This document shows, in pieces, positions 30,083-39,103 of a stretch of DNA of 49,410 nt. A program made the position numbers and the translations under genes. The stretch spans positions 1 through 49,410 of the forward strand of contig CAYVWK010000002.1 in the NCBI GenBank assembly GCA_964455235.1, in the 5' to 3' direction. Each line of letters begins with the position of its first letter. Position 1 is the first letter of the stretch. Below the pieces are notes generated by a model. The model searched no databases, was not told where the DNA came from, and was given only the letters and a program-made list of their open reading frames with translations. Source of the DNA: an uncultured Paludibacter sp. Its GTDB lineage: Bacteria > Bacteroidota > Bacteroidia > Bacteroidales > Paludibacteraceae.

Positions 30083-31729
30083 ATGAAACGTATATTTTCA
30101 ACTTTGTTATCCGTATTTGTAGTTGTTTTCTTTGTGTTTTCTCAAGAGGAAATCAGACCAACTAAAAACCTCATTGTGATGATTCCTGACGGTACTTCTT
30201 TGGGAGTTTTATCTGCTTCTCGCTGGATGAAAGTGTATAGAGGTGAGGGCGATAGACTGCATCTCGACCCATATTTGTCGGGTACGGTTACGACTTTCTC
30301 GTCCAATGCGCCAGTGGGTGATTCTGCGCCTACCACATCTACTTATATGACGGGAGTGCCTATGCAGCGCGGGAATGTGGCTATCTATCCAGAAGTTGAC
30401 CCTAAAAATGACCTTATTCCACTTGATCCAGCATTTACCAATCAGCCGCAAATGACAATCTTAGAGGCTATGCGCATCGAACAGAAAAAGGCGGTTGGCC
30501 TAGTTGTTACGGTTGAATTTCCACATGCTACACCAGCCGATTGCTCCGCTCATCATTACAATAGAAATAGATATGATGAAATAGCTCCACAGATGGCCTA
30601 TAATAATCTGTCGGTGATGTTTGGTGGCGGACATAGAAATATCACACCTGATATGCAAGCGTATTTCAAAACAACCAATACCGCTTATATTCAAGAAGAT
30701 AAGGAGGCTGCGATGAATTTTGAAGGCGATAAATTATGGGCATTATTTGCATCAGGTAGATTGCAGTTTGATATTGATAGAAATCCTAAAAAAGAGCCTT
30801 CTTTAGCAGAAATGACTAAAAAAGCAATAGAAATTCTGAATAAAAACGAAAATGGCTTCTTTATGATGGTGGAAGGTAGCTTGATTGACTACGCCGCTCA
30901 TGCTAACGATCCAGCTGGAATTATAGGTGATTTTCTAGCCTTTGATGAAGCCTTCGGTGTGGCATTGGATTTTGCTAAAAAGGATGGCAATACGACTATT
31001 GTTGTGCTACCCGACCATGGAAATGCTGGCTTTACTATCGGAAGTGCTAAAGCCCCTAAAGGTATATCTCAAATGACTTTAAGTGAGTTGTTTAGTAAGG
31101 TTTCGAAGATTAAACGTACAGCTGCTGGTATGGAAGATATTTTGAAAAATACTCCTTCAGATGACTTTAAAAGTGTCTTTAAATCATATACGGATATTGA
31201 CTTAACAGATGATGATGTGAAGACTTTGCTCAGCTCTAAAAATTATAAATTAGAAGATTATACGGCGGCAAAAGGGGCTAAAAATATGAGTAATTATATA
31301 GTTGATATTTATAATAGGGATATGGCTTTTGGCTATACTTCTGGCAGTCATACAGGCGAGGAGGTGTTTTTGGCGGTCTATCATCCGCAGGGAGATATTT
31401 TGAAAGGGAATGTGCGCAATGTGGAACTGCATGATTATTTGTACAAAGTGAGCGGACTACAAACACCTATGAAAGAGCATACAGATAAGGCTTTTGCGAA
31501 ACATACAGATGTTTTTGAAGGCATGAAGTATGAAGTTGTCGCGAAAAAAGGTGAATTAGCGAAACTGATCGTGAAACAGAAAAAGAACACCCTTGAAGTG
31601 AATGCTTCAAGCTCGGTGGTGCTTTACAATGGCAATGCGGTTCAACTTGAATCGGTGGTGGTGTATGTGGATAAAAACAATACTTTCTATTTACCTCACA
31701 ATTTAAAAGAACTGTTTAACAAGAAATAA
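30083..31729 (+). CDS. Alkaline phosphatase (PhoA family; start reassigned to ATG 30083)
   Basis: Signal peptide; KNLIVMIPDG, DSAP (catalytic Ser), HATPA, MVEGSLIDYAAHAND, PDHG, SHTGEEV. Confidence 0.92.
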   Translation: MKRIFSTLLSVFVVVFFVFSQEEIRPTKNLIVMIPDGTSLGVLSASRWMKVYRGEGDRLHLDPYLSGTVTTFSSNAPVGDSAPTTSTYMTGVPMQRGNVAIYPEVDPKNDLIPLDPAFTNQPQMTILEAMRIEQKKAVGLVVTVEFPHATPADCSAHHYNRNRYDEIAPQMAYNNLSVMFGGGHRNITPDMQAYFKTTNTAYIQEDKEAAMNFEGDKLWALFASGRLQFDIDRNPKKEPSLAEMTKKAIEILNKNENGFFMMVEGSLIDYAAHANDPAGIIGDFLAFDEAFGVALDFAKKDGNTTIVVLPDHGNAGFTIGSAKAPKGISQMTLSELFSKVSKIKRTAAGMEDILKNTPSDDFKSVFKSYTDIDLTDDDVKTLLSSKNYKLEDYTAAKGAKNMSNYIVDIYNRDMAFGYTSGSHTGEEVFLAVYHPQGDILKGNVRNVELHDYLYKVSGLQTPMKEHTDKAFAKHTDVFEGMKYEVVAKKGELAKLIVKQKKNTLEVNASSSVVLYNGNAVQLESVVVYVDKNNTFYLPHNLKELFNKK

Positions 31730-31798
31730 TCATCTAATAAAGAACCTTATTCGTTTTTTGTTGTTATAGAGAAGTAAATCAATAGTAACAGATAACGA

Positions 31799-32887
31799 AT
31801 GATTTTTGACAAATTTAGCCCATTAGAAAACAAAACTTTCCAAATTATCGACTATGAGGGGATAGTAGTCAACCCTGATTACATGCCCCAATTGGACGAA
31901 AAAACCATCCTCCAAGCATATCAATCTATGCTTTTTGCACGTACGGCCGACCAAATGGCGGTGTCGTTTCAGCGGCAAGGGAGGATGTTTACTTACCCAC
32001 CTATATTCGGACAAGAGGCTATCCAAATTGCAGCTAGCATGGTTGTGCGTGAGCAAGATTGGGTGGTACCTGCCTTTCGTGAAACCGCTCTTATGCTGGA
32101 GAAAGGGGTTAGTCTGAAAGAGATTTTCCTATATTATATGGGGAACGAAGAGGGGAGTAATTTCCAACATGCACCTCGTGTTTTACCGCTCTGTGTACCT
32201 ATCGGTTCGCAATTTTTACATGCTACTGGCATAGGTTATTCCATCAAATATCAACAAAAAGATGAGGTGGTTTTTCCTTTTATTGGAGATGGCGGTACCT
32301 CTGAGGGTGACTTTAGCGAGGCACTCAACTTTGCTGCAGTATGGCAAGTGCCAGTGGTTTTCACCATCCAAAATAACCAATATGCTATTTCTGTTCCTGT
32401 ACATCAACAAACTCGCTCCATTAATTTAGCTGTGAAATCAGTTGCTTTTGGCATGCCTGGTATCAAAGTGGATGGTAATGATGTGTTTGCGATGTATGTA
32501 GCTTATAGTCAGGCCTTAGAGTATGCTCGTTCAGGCAAAGGTCCTGTGCTAATAGAAGCTTATACCTACCGCAGAGGTGCACATACTACTTCAGATGACC
32601 CTTCAAAATATAGAACAAAAGAGGAAGAAAAAGCTTGGGAATTGAAAGATCCTTTGTTGCGCTTGAAGTTGTATATGGAAAAGCAAAATATTAAAATTGA
32701 GGATGAAGACGCTTTAATCCAGCAATATAAGGATGAAATTGAGAAGCAGTTTATTGCAGCTGAGCAGTTTAAAGCGTATGAGTTGGAGGATGTGTTTAAT
32801 TATATGTATGTAGATATGCCTGCTGATTTGAAACGTCAGAAGGATGATTATGAAGCATACTTAAACTGGAGGAGGGCAAGGAAATGA
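31799..32887 (+). CDS. pdhA: Pyruvate/2-oxoacid dehydrogenase E1 alpha
   Basis: QRQGR..GQEA, TPP motif GDGGTSEGDF..NN, YRRGAHTTSDDP. Confidence 0.85.
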   Translation: MIFDKFSPLENKTFQIIDYEGIVVNPDYMPQLDEKTILQAYQSMLFARTADQMAVSFQRQGRMFTYPPIFGQEAIQIAASMVVREQDWVVPAFRETALMLEKGVSLKEIFLYYMGNEEGSNFQHAPRVLPLCVPIGSQFLHATGIGYSIKYQQKDEVVFPFIGDGGTSEGDFSEALNFAAVWQVPVVFTIQNNQYAISVPVHQQTRSINLAVKSVAFGMPGIKVDGNDVFAMYVAYSQALEYARSGKGPVLIEAYTYRRGAHTTSDDPSKYRTKEEEKAWELKDPLLRLKLYMEKQNIKIEDEDALIQQYKDEIEKQFIAAEQFKAYELEDVFNYMYVDMPADLKRQKDDYEAYLNWRRARK

Positions 32888-33861
32888 GTGTAATGAATAT
32901 GGTGCAAGCCCTAAATAATGCTTTCGATATAAAGTTGGCCGACGACCCTATGGTGGTGATGTTTGGTGAAGATGTGGGTGTTGAAGGGGGTGTGTTTCGC
33001 CTTACAGAAGGTTTGCAAAAGAAATATGGTGAGCATAGAGTGTTTGATTCTCCTTTAGCAGAATCAGCGATTGTGGGGACAGGTTTGGGCATGGCTATGA
33101 CAGGTCTGCGTCCCGTTGTGGAATTGCAGTTTGATGGTTTTACCTATCCCGCTTTTAACCAGATTATTTCCAATGTATCGCGCATGCATAACCGTACGCG
33201 TGGTCGCTTTAAAGCTCCTATGGTGATACGCTTTCCTTATGGTGGCGGCATCAATGCGATTGAGCATCACTCTGAAAGTCCCGAGGCGCTGTTTGCACAT
33301 ATCCCTGGTCTGAAAGTGGTGATACCTTCTACGCCCTACGATGCTAAAGGGCTGATGATAGCTGCGATTGAGTCGGACGACCCCGTAGTTTTTATGGAAC
33401 CTAAGCGCATCTACCGTGCTATCAAGCAGGAAGTCCCTGATGAAAAATATGCTATTTCTATTGGAAAAGCGAAAGTAATTCAGGGAGGGGATGATGTAAC
33501 CCTGATTGCTTTTGGAGCTATGATACGTGAATGCCAAAAAGCCATTGCTATGGCAAAAGAGGTGGGAATATCAGTGGAGTTAATTGATCTGCGCACCATC
33601 TATCCTATTGATAAAGAGACGATAGTGCAGTCGATACAAAAAACAGGTAGGGTAGTGATAGTGGCAGAAGCACCTGAGTCCTTTAGTGTTGGTGCTGAAT
33701 TGATGGCTATTGCTAATGAAGAAGCTTTTCTATCATTAGAAGCTCCACCCAAACGGGTAATGGGCTTTGATACCATTGTTCCTTTAGCAAAAGGAGAGCA
33801 ATATTACATCATACATCCTGATCGGATTTTGTATGAAATTGAACGTACTGTAAACTATTAA
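32884..33861 (+). CDS. pdhB: 2-oxoacid dehydrogenase E1 beta
   Basis: GEDVG..GGVFR, DSPLAESAI, EHHSESPE, DLRTIYP; ATGA overlap with pdhA. Confidence 0.88.
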   Translation: MSVMNMVQALNNAFDIKLADDPMVVMFGEDVGVEGGVFRLTEGLQKKYGEHRVFDSPLAESAIVGTGLGMAMTGLRPVVELQFDGFTYPAFNQIISNVSRMHNRTRGRFKAPMVIRFPYGGGINAIEHHSESPEALFAHIPGLKVVIPSTPYDAKGLMIAAIESDDPVVFMEPKRIYRAIKQEVPDEKYAISIGKAKVIQGGDDVTLIAFGAMIRECQKAIAMAKEVGISVELIDLRTIYPIDKETIVQSIQKTGRVVIVAEAPESFSVGAELMAIANEEAFLSLEAPPKRVMGFDTIVPLAKGEQYYIIHPDRILYEIERTVNY

Positions 33862-33862
33862 A

Positions 33863-33925
33863 TTTACCTTTTGCGTAGTTTGTTTTACGATTTGCATAGT
33901 TGATTTTACGTTTTGCGCACTTGAT
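33863..33925. repeat. Three imperfect 21-bp tandem repeats
   Basis: TTTACCTTTTGCGTAGTTTGT / TTTACGATTTGCATAGTTGAT / TTTACGTTTTGCGCACTTGAT. Confidence 0.75.
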
Positions 33926-33988
33926 TATGCTCTGTAAATCATCAGTAAAACACTTACAAACAACTAATTAACAGATAATTATTAGAAA

Positions 33989-35221
33989 ATGCGATATACT
34001 TTTAAATTTCCAGATATAGGAGAAGGCTTAGATGAGGGCACCATACTTGAACTTTATGTAGAAGTAGGGCAAAAGGTAAAAGCAGGCGATTTATTGGTCA
34101 ATATGGAGACTGATAAAGTGGCTGCCGATATACCATCCCCAAAATCGGGTACAATTACGCATATCTACGGTCAGGTAGGCGATGTGATACGAGTTGGACA
34201 TCCTTTAGTTGAAATAGAATTAGCAGACATGGAAAAGAATACAGACGAACAAGCAGGAGTAGTTGGTACATTAGAAGTAGCAGATAACCAATCTGTTTTA
34301 CCACCAAGTGATGAATATGTAGCGGAAATCCCTACATCAACTACCAAAAAGAAAGCTTTTGCCACGCCACATGTTAGGGCATTTGCGAAAGAATTGGATA
34401 TAGATATCAATTTAGTGGAAGGTACGGGGCAAAACGGACGTGTAACCATAGAAGACATAGAGCATTATGTAGCTTCTCAAAGTCCAGTTGAAAAGACTAT
34501 TTTCGCACAAGCATATGAGTCAGAGGATGTTACTTACGAACCGCTGACACAGATACGTAAGACCATCGCGCGGAACATGATTCACTCTAAACATAATGCT
34601 GCTCACGTTACCGTATTTGAGGAGATTGAAGTCTCGGAACTGATAGCCATTCGCGAGAGATACAAAGCGTCCTTTGCTAATAGAGGCGTGAAGCTCACCT
34701 ACTTACCCTTCATCGTGAAAGCAGTAGTGCAAGCACTGATGAAGCATCGCATCATGAACTCCCAGATGGATATGGACCGCAACCGCATGGTATTCAAAAA
34801 TAGATACAATATCGGAATTGCCATGGACACCCCTGAAGGTTTGGTAGTGCCAGTAATACGCGATGCTGATAAACTCAGCATTTTCGAGATTAGCCAGGCA
34901 ATCACCAATTTCGCCATTAAAGCCCAAGAGCGTCGTCTCACCATAGACGATATGAAAGACGGTACCTTCACCATCACCAATTTCGGAGCTATCAGCGGTA
35001 TATTTGGAACCCCTGTTATTAACTTCCCCCAAGCAGGCATTTTAGGGATAGGCCGCATCGTCAAACAGCCCGTAGTCAAAGACGACCAAATCGTGATAGG
35101 CCATGTGCTCGGACTCTCTCTCTCAGTCGATCACCGCATCATCGACGGCGGTGACACCGCCCGATTTGTCCGCCAAGTCATGGACCACCTCGCCGATCCA
35201 GTTTCGCTGCTGATGGAGTAG
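33989..35221 (+). CDS. pdhC: Dihydrolipoamide acyltransferase E2 (single lipoyl domain)
   Basis: PDIGEG, ETDK lipoyl site, ATPHVR..GTGQNGRVT, DHRIIDG. Confidence 0.9.
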   Translation: MRYTFKFPDIGEGLDEGTILELYVEVGQKVKAGDLLVNMETDKVAADIPSPKSGTITHIYGQVGDVIRVGHPLVEIELADMEKNTDEQAGVVGTLEVADNQSVLPPSDEYVAEIPTSTTKKKAFATPHVRAFAKELDIDINLVEGTGQNGRVTIEDIEHYVASQSPVEKTIFAQAYESEDVTYEPLTQIRKTIARNMIHSKHNAAHVTVFEEIEVSELIAIRERYKASFANRGVKLTYLPFIVKAVVQALMKHRIMNSQMDMDRNRMVFKNRYNIGIAMDTPEGLVVPVIRDADKLSIFEISQAITNFAIKAQERRLTIDDMKDGTFTITNFGAISGIFGTPVINFPQAGILGIGRIVKQPVVKDDQIVIGHVLGLSLSVDHRIIDGGDTARFVRQVMDHLADPVSLLME

Positions 35222-35236
35222 GTGGAGAGCTTTTCC

Positions 35237-35268
35237 TTTGATATTTCCACTAAAAATACTTATATTTG
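35237..35268 (+). promoter_or_regulatory. Bacteroidetes sigma-A promoter for cobB
   Basis: TTTG-N20-TATATTTG. Confidence 0.75.
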
Positions 35269-35291
35269 TCTGAATTTTAAACAGATAAAGC

Positions 35292-35975
35292 ATGAAAAAA
35301 CTTGTTGTTTTAACGGGTGCTGGCATGTCGGCTGAAAGTGGTATAGCAACCTTTAGAGGTTCGGATGGTTTATGGGAAAACCACCGAGTAGAGGACGTAG
35401 CAACCCCTGAAGCTTGGCGAGCTAATCCTGAATTAGTGCAGCGTTTTTATAACGAGCGCAGAAAACAATTGGTAAAGGTAGAGCCTAATCAAGGACATTA
35501 CGGTTTGGTTGAATTAGAGCAGCACTTTGATGTGCATATCATCACCCAGAATGTAGATAACTTGCATGAAAGAGCGGGCAGTTTACATGTTTTGCATCTC
35601 CACGGCGAGTTGATGAAAATGCGTTCTACAGGTCCAGATGCGGAGGTATTCGATGTAACACCAGATAAAATTGAGTACAGCATAGAGGATAAATGTCCCA
35701 AAGCTTATACGTTACGCCCCGATATTGTATGGTTTGGCGAAGCTGTTCCCGAGTATGAAAATGCCATCAAAATAGCTCAAAAGGCAGATATCATGCTGAT
35801 TATCGGCACCTCCTTGCAAGTCTATCCCGCAGCAGGACTCATTCATTATGCCCCTTCGCACGCCCCTATCTATATCATCGACCCCAACGATGTTGCTGCC
35901 TCTGGTAGCAATATCCACCATATTAAAAAGGGAGCATCGGAGGGAGTGAGGGAGTTTATGAATAAAATGTGCTAA
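35292..35975 (+). CDS. cobB: NAD-dependent deacylase (sirtuin)
   Basis: TGAGMSAESGIATFRG, FYNERR, TQNVDNLHERAG, HG, RPDIVWFGE, GTSLQVYPAA. Confidence 0.93.
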   Translation: MKKLVVLTGAGMSAESGIATFRGSDGLWENHRVEDVATPEAWRANPELVQRFYNERRKQLVKVEPNQGHYGLVELEQHFDVHIITQNVDNLHERAGSLHVLHLHGELMKMRSTGPDAEVFDVTPDKIEYSIEDKCPKAYTLRPDIVWFGEAVPEYENAIKIAQKADIMLIIGTSLQVYPAAGLIHYAPSHAPIYIIDPNDVAASGSNIHHIKKGASEGVREFMNKMC

Positions 35976-35995
35976 TATGCCGATGTGACTAATAA

Positions 35996-36023
35996 GATTA
36001 ATTGTTAATTATTAATGATTAAT
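35996..36023. repeat. Four 7-bp tandem repeats (nnTTAAT)
   Basis: GATTAAT TGTTAAT TATTAAT GATTAAT. Confidence 0.6.
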
Positions 36024-36036
36024 GAGGTGATAACAA

Positions 36037-36100
36037 CAACTGAACAACTCATCAACTCAACAACTCAACAACTCAACAACTCAACAATTCATCAACTCAA
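36037..36100. repeat. Eight 8-bp tandem repeats (CAACTCAA consensus)
   Basis: CAACTGAA CAACTCAT (CAACTCAA)x4 CAATTCAT CAACTCAA. Confidence 0.9.
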
Positions 36101-36120
36101 CAAAAAAATTTACAACAACC

Positions 36121-36624
36121 ATGACTTACGGCTCCTACAACTCCCCCTTTGGCACTTGCTGGTTGGTATTCGACCAGGAAACTTTACATGCCATCACTTT
36201 TGCTTTATCAGAAGAGCAAGCAAAAGAAGAGATTTCTCGCAGTTTTGGTAAATATTCTTTGCAAGAAGATGCTCAACAAGCAAAAAAATTAGGTGATGCT
36301 ATTTTCATTCATCATAAATTACCTCAAATTAAAGTGAAAGGTACAGATTTTCAGAAAGATGTCTGGAAAGAATTGCTGAAAATCCCTAGAGGTGAAACGC
36401 GTACCTATGCTGATATTGCTCGCGCTGTTGGGCGACCCAAAGCCTTTCGTGCTGTGGGTTCGGCTGTCGGACAAAACCCTATCGCCTACCTGATTCCTTG
36501 TCACCGCGTTATCCGAACTGATGGTGGTTTGGGTGGCTATCACTGGGGCATCGACTTCAAAATAAAAATGCTAAAAGCAGAAGGTTTGGGTGATGCTGAT
36601 TTTTTGCGAAAAGTGAGCGAATAA
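36121..36624 (+). CDS. ogt: Methylated-DNA-protein-cysteine methyltransferase
   Basis: GTDFQKDVW, TYADIA, RAVG, IPCHRV. Confidence 0.93.
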   Translation: MTYGSYNSPFGTCWLVFDQETLHAITFALSEEQAKEEISRSFGKYSLQEDAQQAKKLGDAIFIHHKLPQIKVKGTDFQKDVWKELLKIPRGETRTYADIARAVGRPKAFRAVGSAVGQNPIAYLIPCHRVIRTDGGLGGYHWGIDFKIKMLKAEGLGDADFLRKVSE

Positions 36625-36743
36625 ATCCTATTTTGTAGATCCTATTTAGGAGAATTTACTCGATTTATAACTGTAAATTCTAAGCCTGTGATGCTTAGTT
36701 TATAGATTATCAGCAGATAAAAACAGAAATATTCCCAAACCGT

Positions 36744-36774
36744 TTTGTCAGTTATAAAAAAAAGTATATCTTTG
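36744..36774 (+). promoter_or_regulatory. Promoter for rpmH
   Basis: TTTG-N19-TATCTTTG. Confidence 0.8.
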
Positions 36775-36818
36775 CAGTCCCAAATTCATGAATAATAATC
36801 ATATAACAAGATAAAGCG

Positions 36819-36977
36819 ATGAAAAGGACATTTCAACCTTCAAATAGAAAGAGAAGAAACAAACACGGTTTCCGCGAAAGAATGGCAACTCCAAACGGTC
36901 GCAGAGTGTTGGCGTCTCGTCGTGCTAAAGGTAGAGCTAAACTAACTGTAGCAGATGAAGGCCGTCATAAAATGTAA
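36819..36977 (+). CDS. rpmH: 50S ribosomal protein L34 (not in ORF track)
   Basis: Hand translation [52 protein letters not shown]. Confidence 0.98.
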   Translation: MKRTFQPSNRKRRNKHGFRERMATPNGRRVLASRRAKGRAKLTVADEGRHKM

Positions 36978-37001
36978 ATAAAACATTGATTTTCAGGTCA
37001 T

Positions 37002-37038
37002 AAAAAAGTAAAAGTCAAGGCGATTTTTACTTTTTTTT
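37002..37038 (+). terminator. rpmH terminator
   Basis: AAAAAAGTAAAAGTC-AAGGC-GATTTTTACTTTTTTTT. Confidence 0.65.
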
Positions 37039-37152
37039 GTTTATATAAGCTTGTTATTTTCTCAATAGTGATTTTATTTCACTAATTTTGGCCTTTATTT
37101 GTCTGCTTATTCAAATCTGATTTGATGAAATGAATGTAAAAAATTTAAACGT

Positions 37153-37968
37153 ATGAAATTTAAAGATTTTTGGAAGGAAAGCAATATTGCATTTGTTATT
37201 AAACATGTGCTCGTAGCTGGACTTATTGCTGCTGTCTTGATTACGATAACTGTCTTATCTCTCAATAAATACACTCATCACGGGGAAGCTGTGGTGGTGC
37301 CTAATTTACAGGGTCTGTATGTTGAAGAAGCACAAGTGATATTAGAGCAAGATGAACTGTATCCTTTAGTAATCGATTCGATTTATGTGAAGGATAAACC
37401 GCTGGGTACCATCGTAGAGCAAATTCCAGAACCTAACTCTTTTGTGAAAAAGGACCGCTCGATTTTCTTGATTGTAAATAAACGTTCCGTGAATATGATT
37501 CCCTTTCCTGATGTCTATGATGTGTCGGTGCGCCAAGCCCAAGCGCTTATTCAATCGCTGGGACTGAATGTGGCGGGAGTTATCTATAAACCTTCTGAAT
37601 TTAAGGATTTGGTGATTGATGTGACGCATAATAGCCAGCATGTTGCTGCTGGTACACGCCTGCCTGAGGGCACTTCGGTTATACTCATGGTGGGTAGCGG
37701 TTTGGGTGATGCGGTAACGACCATCCCTTATCTTGTCGGGAAATCATATCAGGAGGCCAGAAGTATTATCATTGCTTCGCTATTTACCGTTGGATCAGTG
37801 AATTACGATGTTTATCCTGATGGGGATGAAGATGCATATATCATTTATAAACAGAGTCCGAGTCCTCGTACACAAGCATCACAAGGAAAATATATCGATT
37901 TGTGGTTGTCGAAAGATAGGGCTATGATTGACTTTTCTCACGATACTGAGGAAGAAGAATTTTTCTAA
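37153..37968 (+). CDS. PASTA-domain membrane protein
   Basis: N-terminal TM, YTHHGE, VPNLQG, three PASTA-like repeats; -7 element TAATTTTG at 37083. Confidence 0.88.
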   Translation: MKFKDFWKESNIAFVIKHVLVAGLIAAVLITITVLSLNKYTHHGEAVVVPNLQGLYVEEAQVILEQDELYPLVIDSIYVKDKPLGTIVEQIPEPNSFVKKDRSIFLIVNKRSVNMIPFPDVYDVSVRQAQALIQSLGLNVAGVIYKPSEFKDLVIDVTHNSQHVAAGTRLPEGTSVILMVGSGLGDAVTTIPYLVGKSYQEARSIIIASLFTVGSVNYDVYPDGDEDAYIIYKQSPSPRTQASQGKYIDLWLSKDRAMIDFSHDTEEEEFF

Positions 37969-37986
37969 ATAAAGAGATAAAAGACT

Positions 37987-39054
37987 GTGAAAGAGGAGTT
38001 TATTGATGAAATAGAAGATGATGAAGTAGGTTCGGAGCAGGAGCTTTTTGAGCATCACCGTTTTGTTGTCGATAAAGGGCAAAGTTTGATGCGTATCGAC
38101 AAATATCTGGTGAATATCATGGCGGCAACTTCTCGCAATCGTATCCAAGAGGCTGCTGATGCTGGTAATATTCTGGTCAATGAAAAAACGGTGAAGTCGA
38201 GCTATAAGGTGAAGCCTAATGATGTGATTACCATTGTATTGGCTTATCCTCCTTCTGAATTTGTTATCATTCCGCAAGATATTCCTATCAATATTGTTTA
38301 TGAAGATGAGGATATTATTTTGGTGAATAAACAGCCTGGTTTGGTAGTACATCCTGGTTTTGGGAATTATGACGGCACCCTGCTGAATGCGGTTGCTTAT
38401 CACCTTCGCGATAATCCGAATTTCGATCCAAATGATTCGCGCCTTGGTTTGGTGCACCGCATCGATAAAGATACTTCGGGTTTACTGCTGGTGGCTAAAA
38501 CAGAGGAGGCTAAAGCGCATCTCGGTCAGCAGTTTTTTGAGAAAACCACCAAACGCCGCTATTTTGCGGTGGTATGGGGGAATGTGAAGAAAGATGAAGG
38601 AACAATAATAGGTGATTTAGCGCGCGATCCAAGCGATAGAATGTTGTTTAAAGTCTTTCCCAATGGGGAGAATCCAAATGCTAAACATGCTATCACTCAC
38701 TATAAAGTCATCGAACGTTTTGGCTATGCAACTTTGGTGGAATGTCGCTTGGAGACAGGTCGGACACACCAAATTCGGGTGCACATGAAACATATAGGCC
38801 ATACGCTTTTCAATGATGATAGATATGGCGGAAATTCTATGCTAAAAGGTTCTACATCAGCATTCTATAAGCTGTTCATTAAGAATTGCTTTTATGCTTG
38901 CCCACGACAGGCTCTACATGCTAAAACTTTGGGGTTTGTGCATCCGCGTACCAATGAATATATGCATTTCGATAGTGAATTACCTGATGATATTCAGAAG
39001 CTTATCGATATGTGGAGGGATTATTCTCAAACGCATCTGAAACTAAATGGCTAA
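37987..39054 (+). CDS. rluD: RluA/RluD-family pseudouridine synthase
   Basis: S4 domain, VHRIDKDTSGL, LETGRTHQIRVH, RQALHA. Confidence 0.93.
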   Translation: MKEEFIDEIEDDEVGSEQELFEHHRFVVDKGQSLMRIDKYLVNIMAATSRNRIQEAADAGNILVNEKTVKSSYKVKPNDVITIVLAYPPSEFVIIPQDIPINIVYEDEDIILVNKQPGLVVHPGFGNYDGTLLNAVAYHLRDNPNFDPNDSRLGLVHRIDKDTSGLLLVAKTEEAKAHLGQQFFEKTTKRRYFAVVWGNVKKDEGTIIGDLARDPSDRMLFKVFPNGENPNAKHAITHYKVIERFGYATLVECRLETGRTHQIRVHMKHIGHTLFNDDRYGGNSMLKGSTSAFYKLFIKNCFYACPRQALHAKTLGFVHPRTNEYMHFDSELPDDIQKLIDMWRDYSQTHLKLNG

Positions 39055-39103
39055 TTTATTTTATCAATTTCTATAGGATTAAAATTATTAATATTTCAAC
39101 TAA

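Noticed and set aside
33064-33537. 157-aa antisense ORF
   Set aside because: Shadow of pdhB with no motifs
36037-36100. Possible CRISPR array
   Set aside because: 8-bp contiguous units with no spacers and no cas genes
36015-36251. 78-aa ORF with TTQQLNNS repeats
   Set aside because: Translation of the octamer repeat, overlapping ogt out of frame
37879-38457. 192-aa antisense ORF
   Set aside because: Shadow of rluD with no motifs; the other short nested ORFs in the track were rejected likewise
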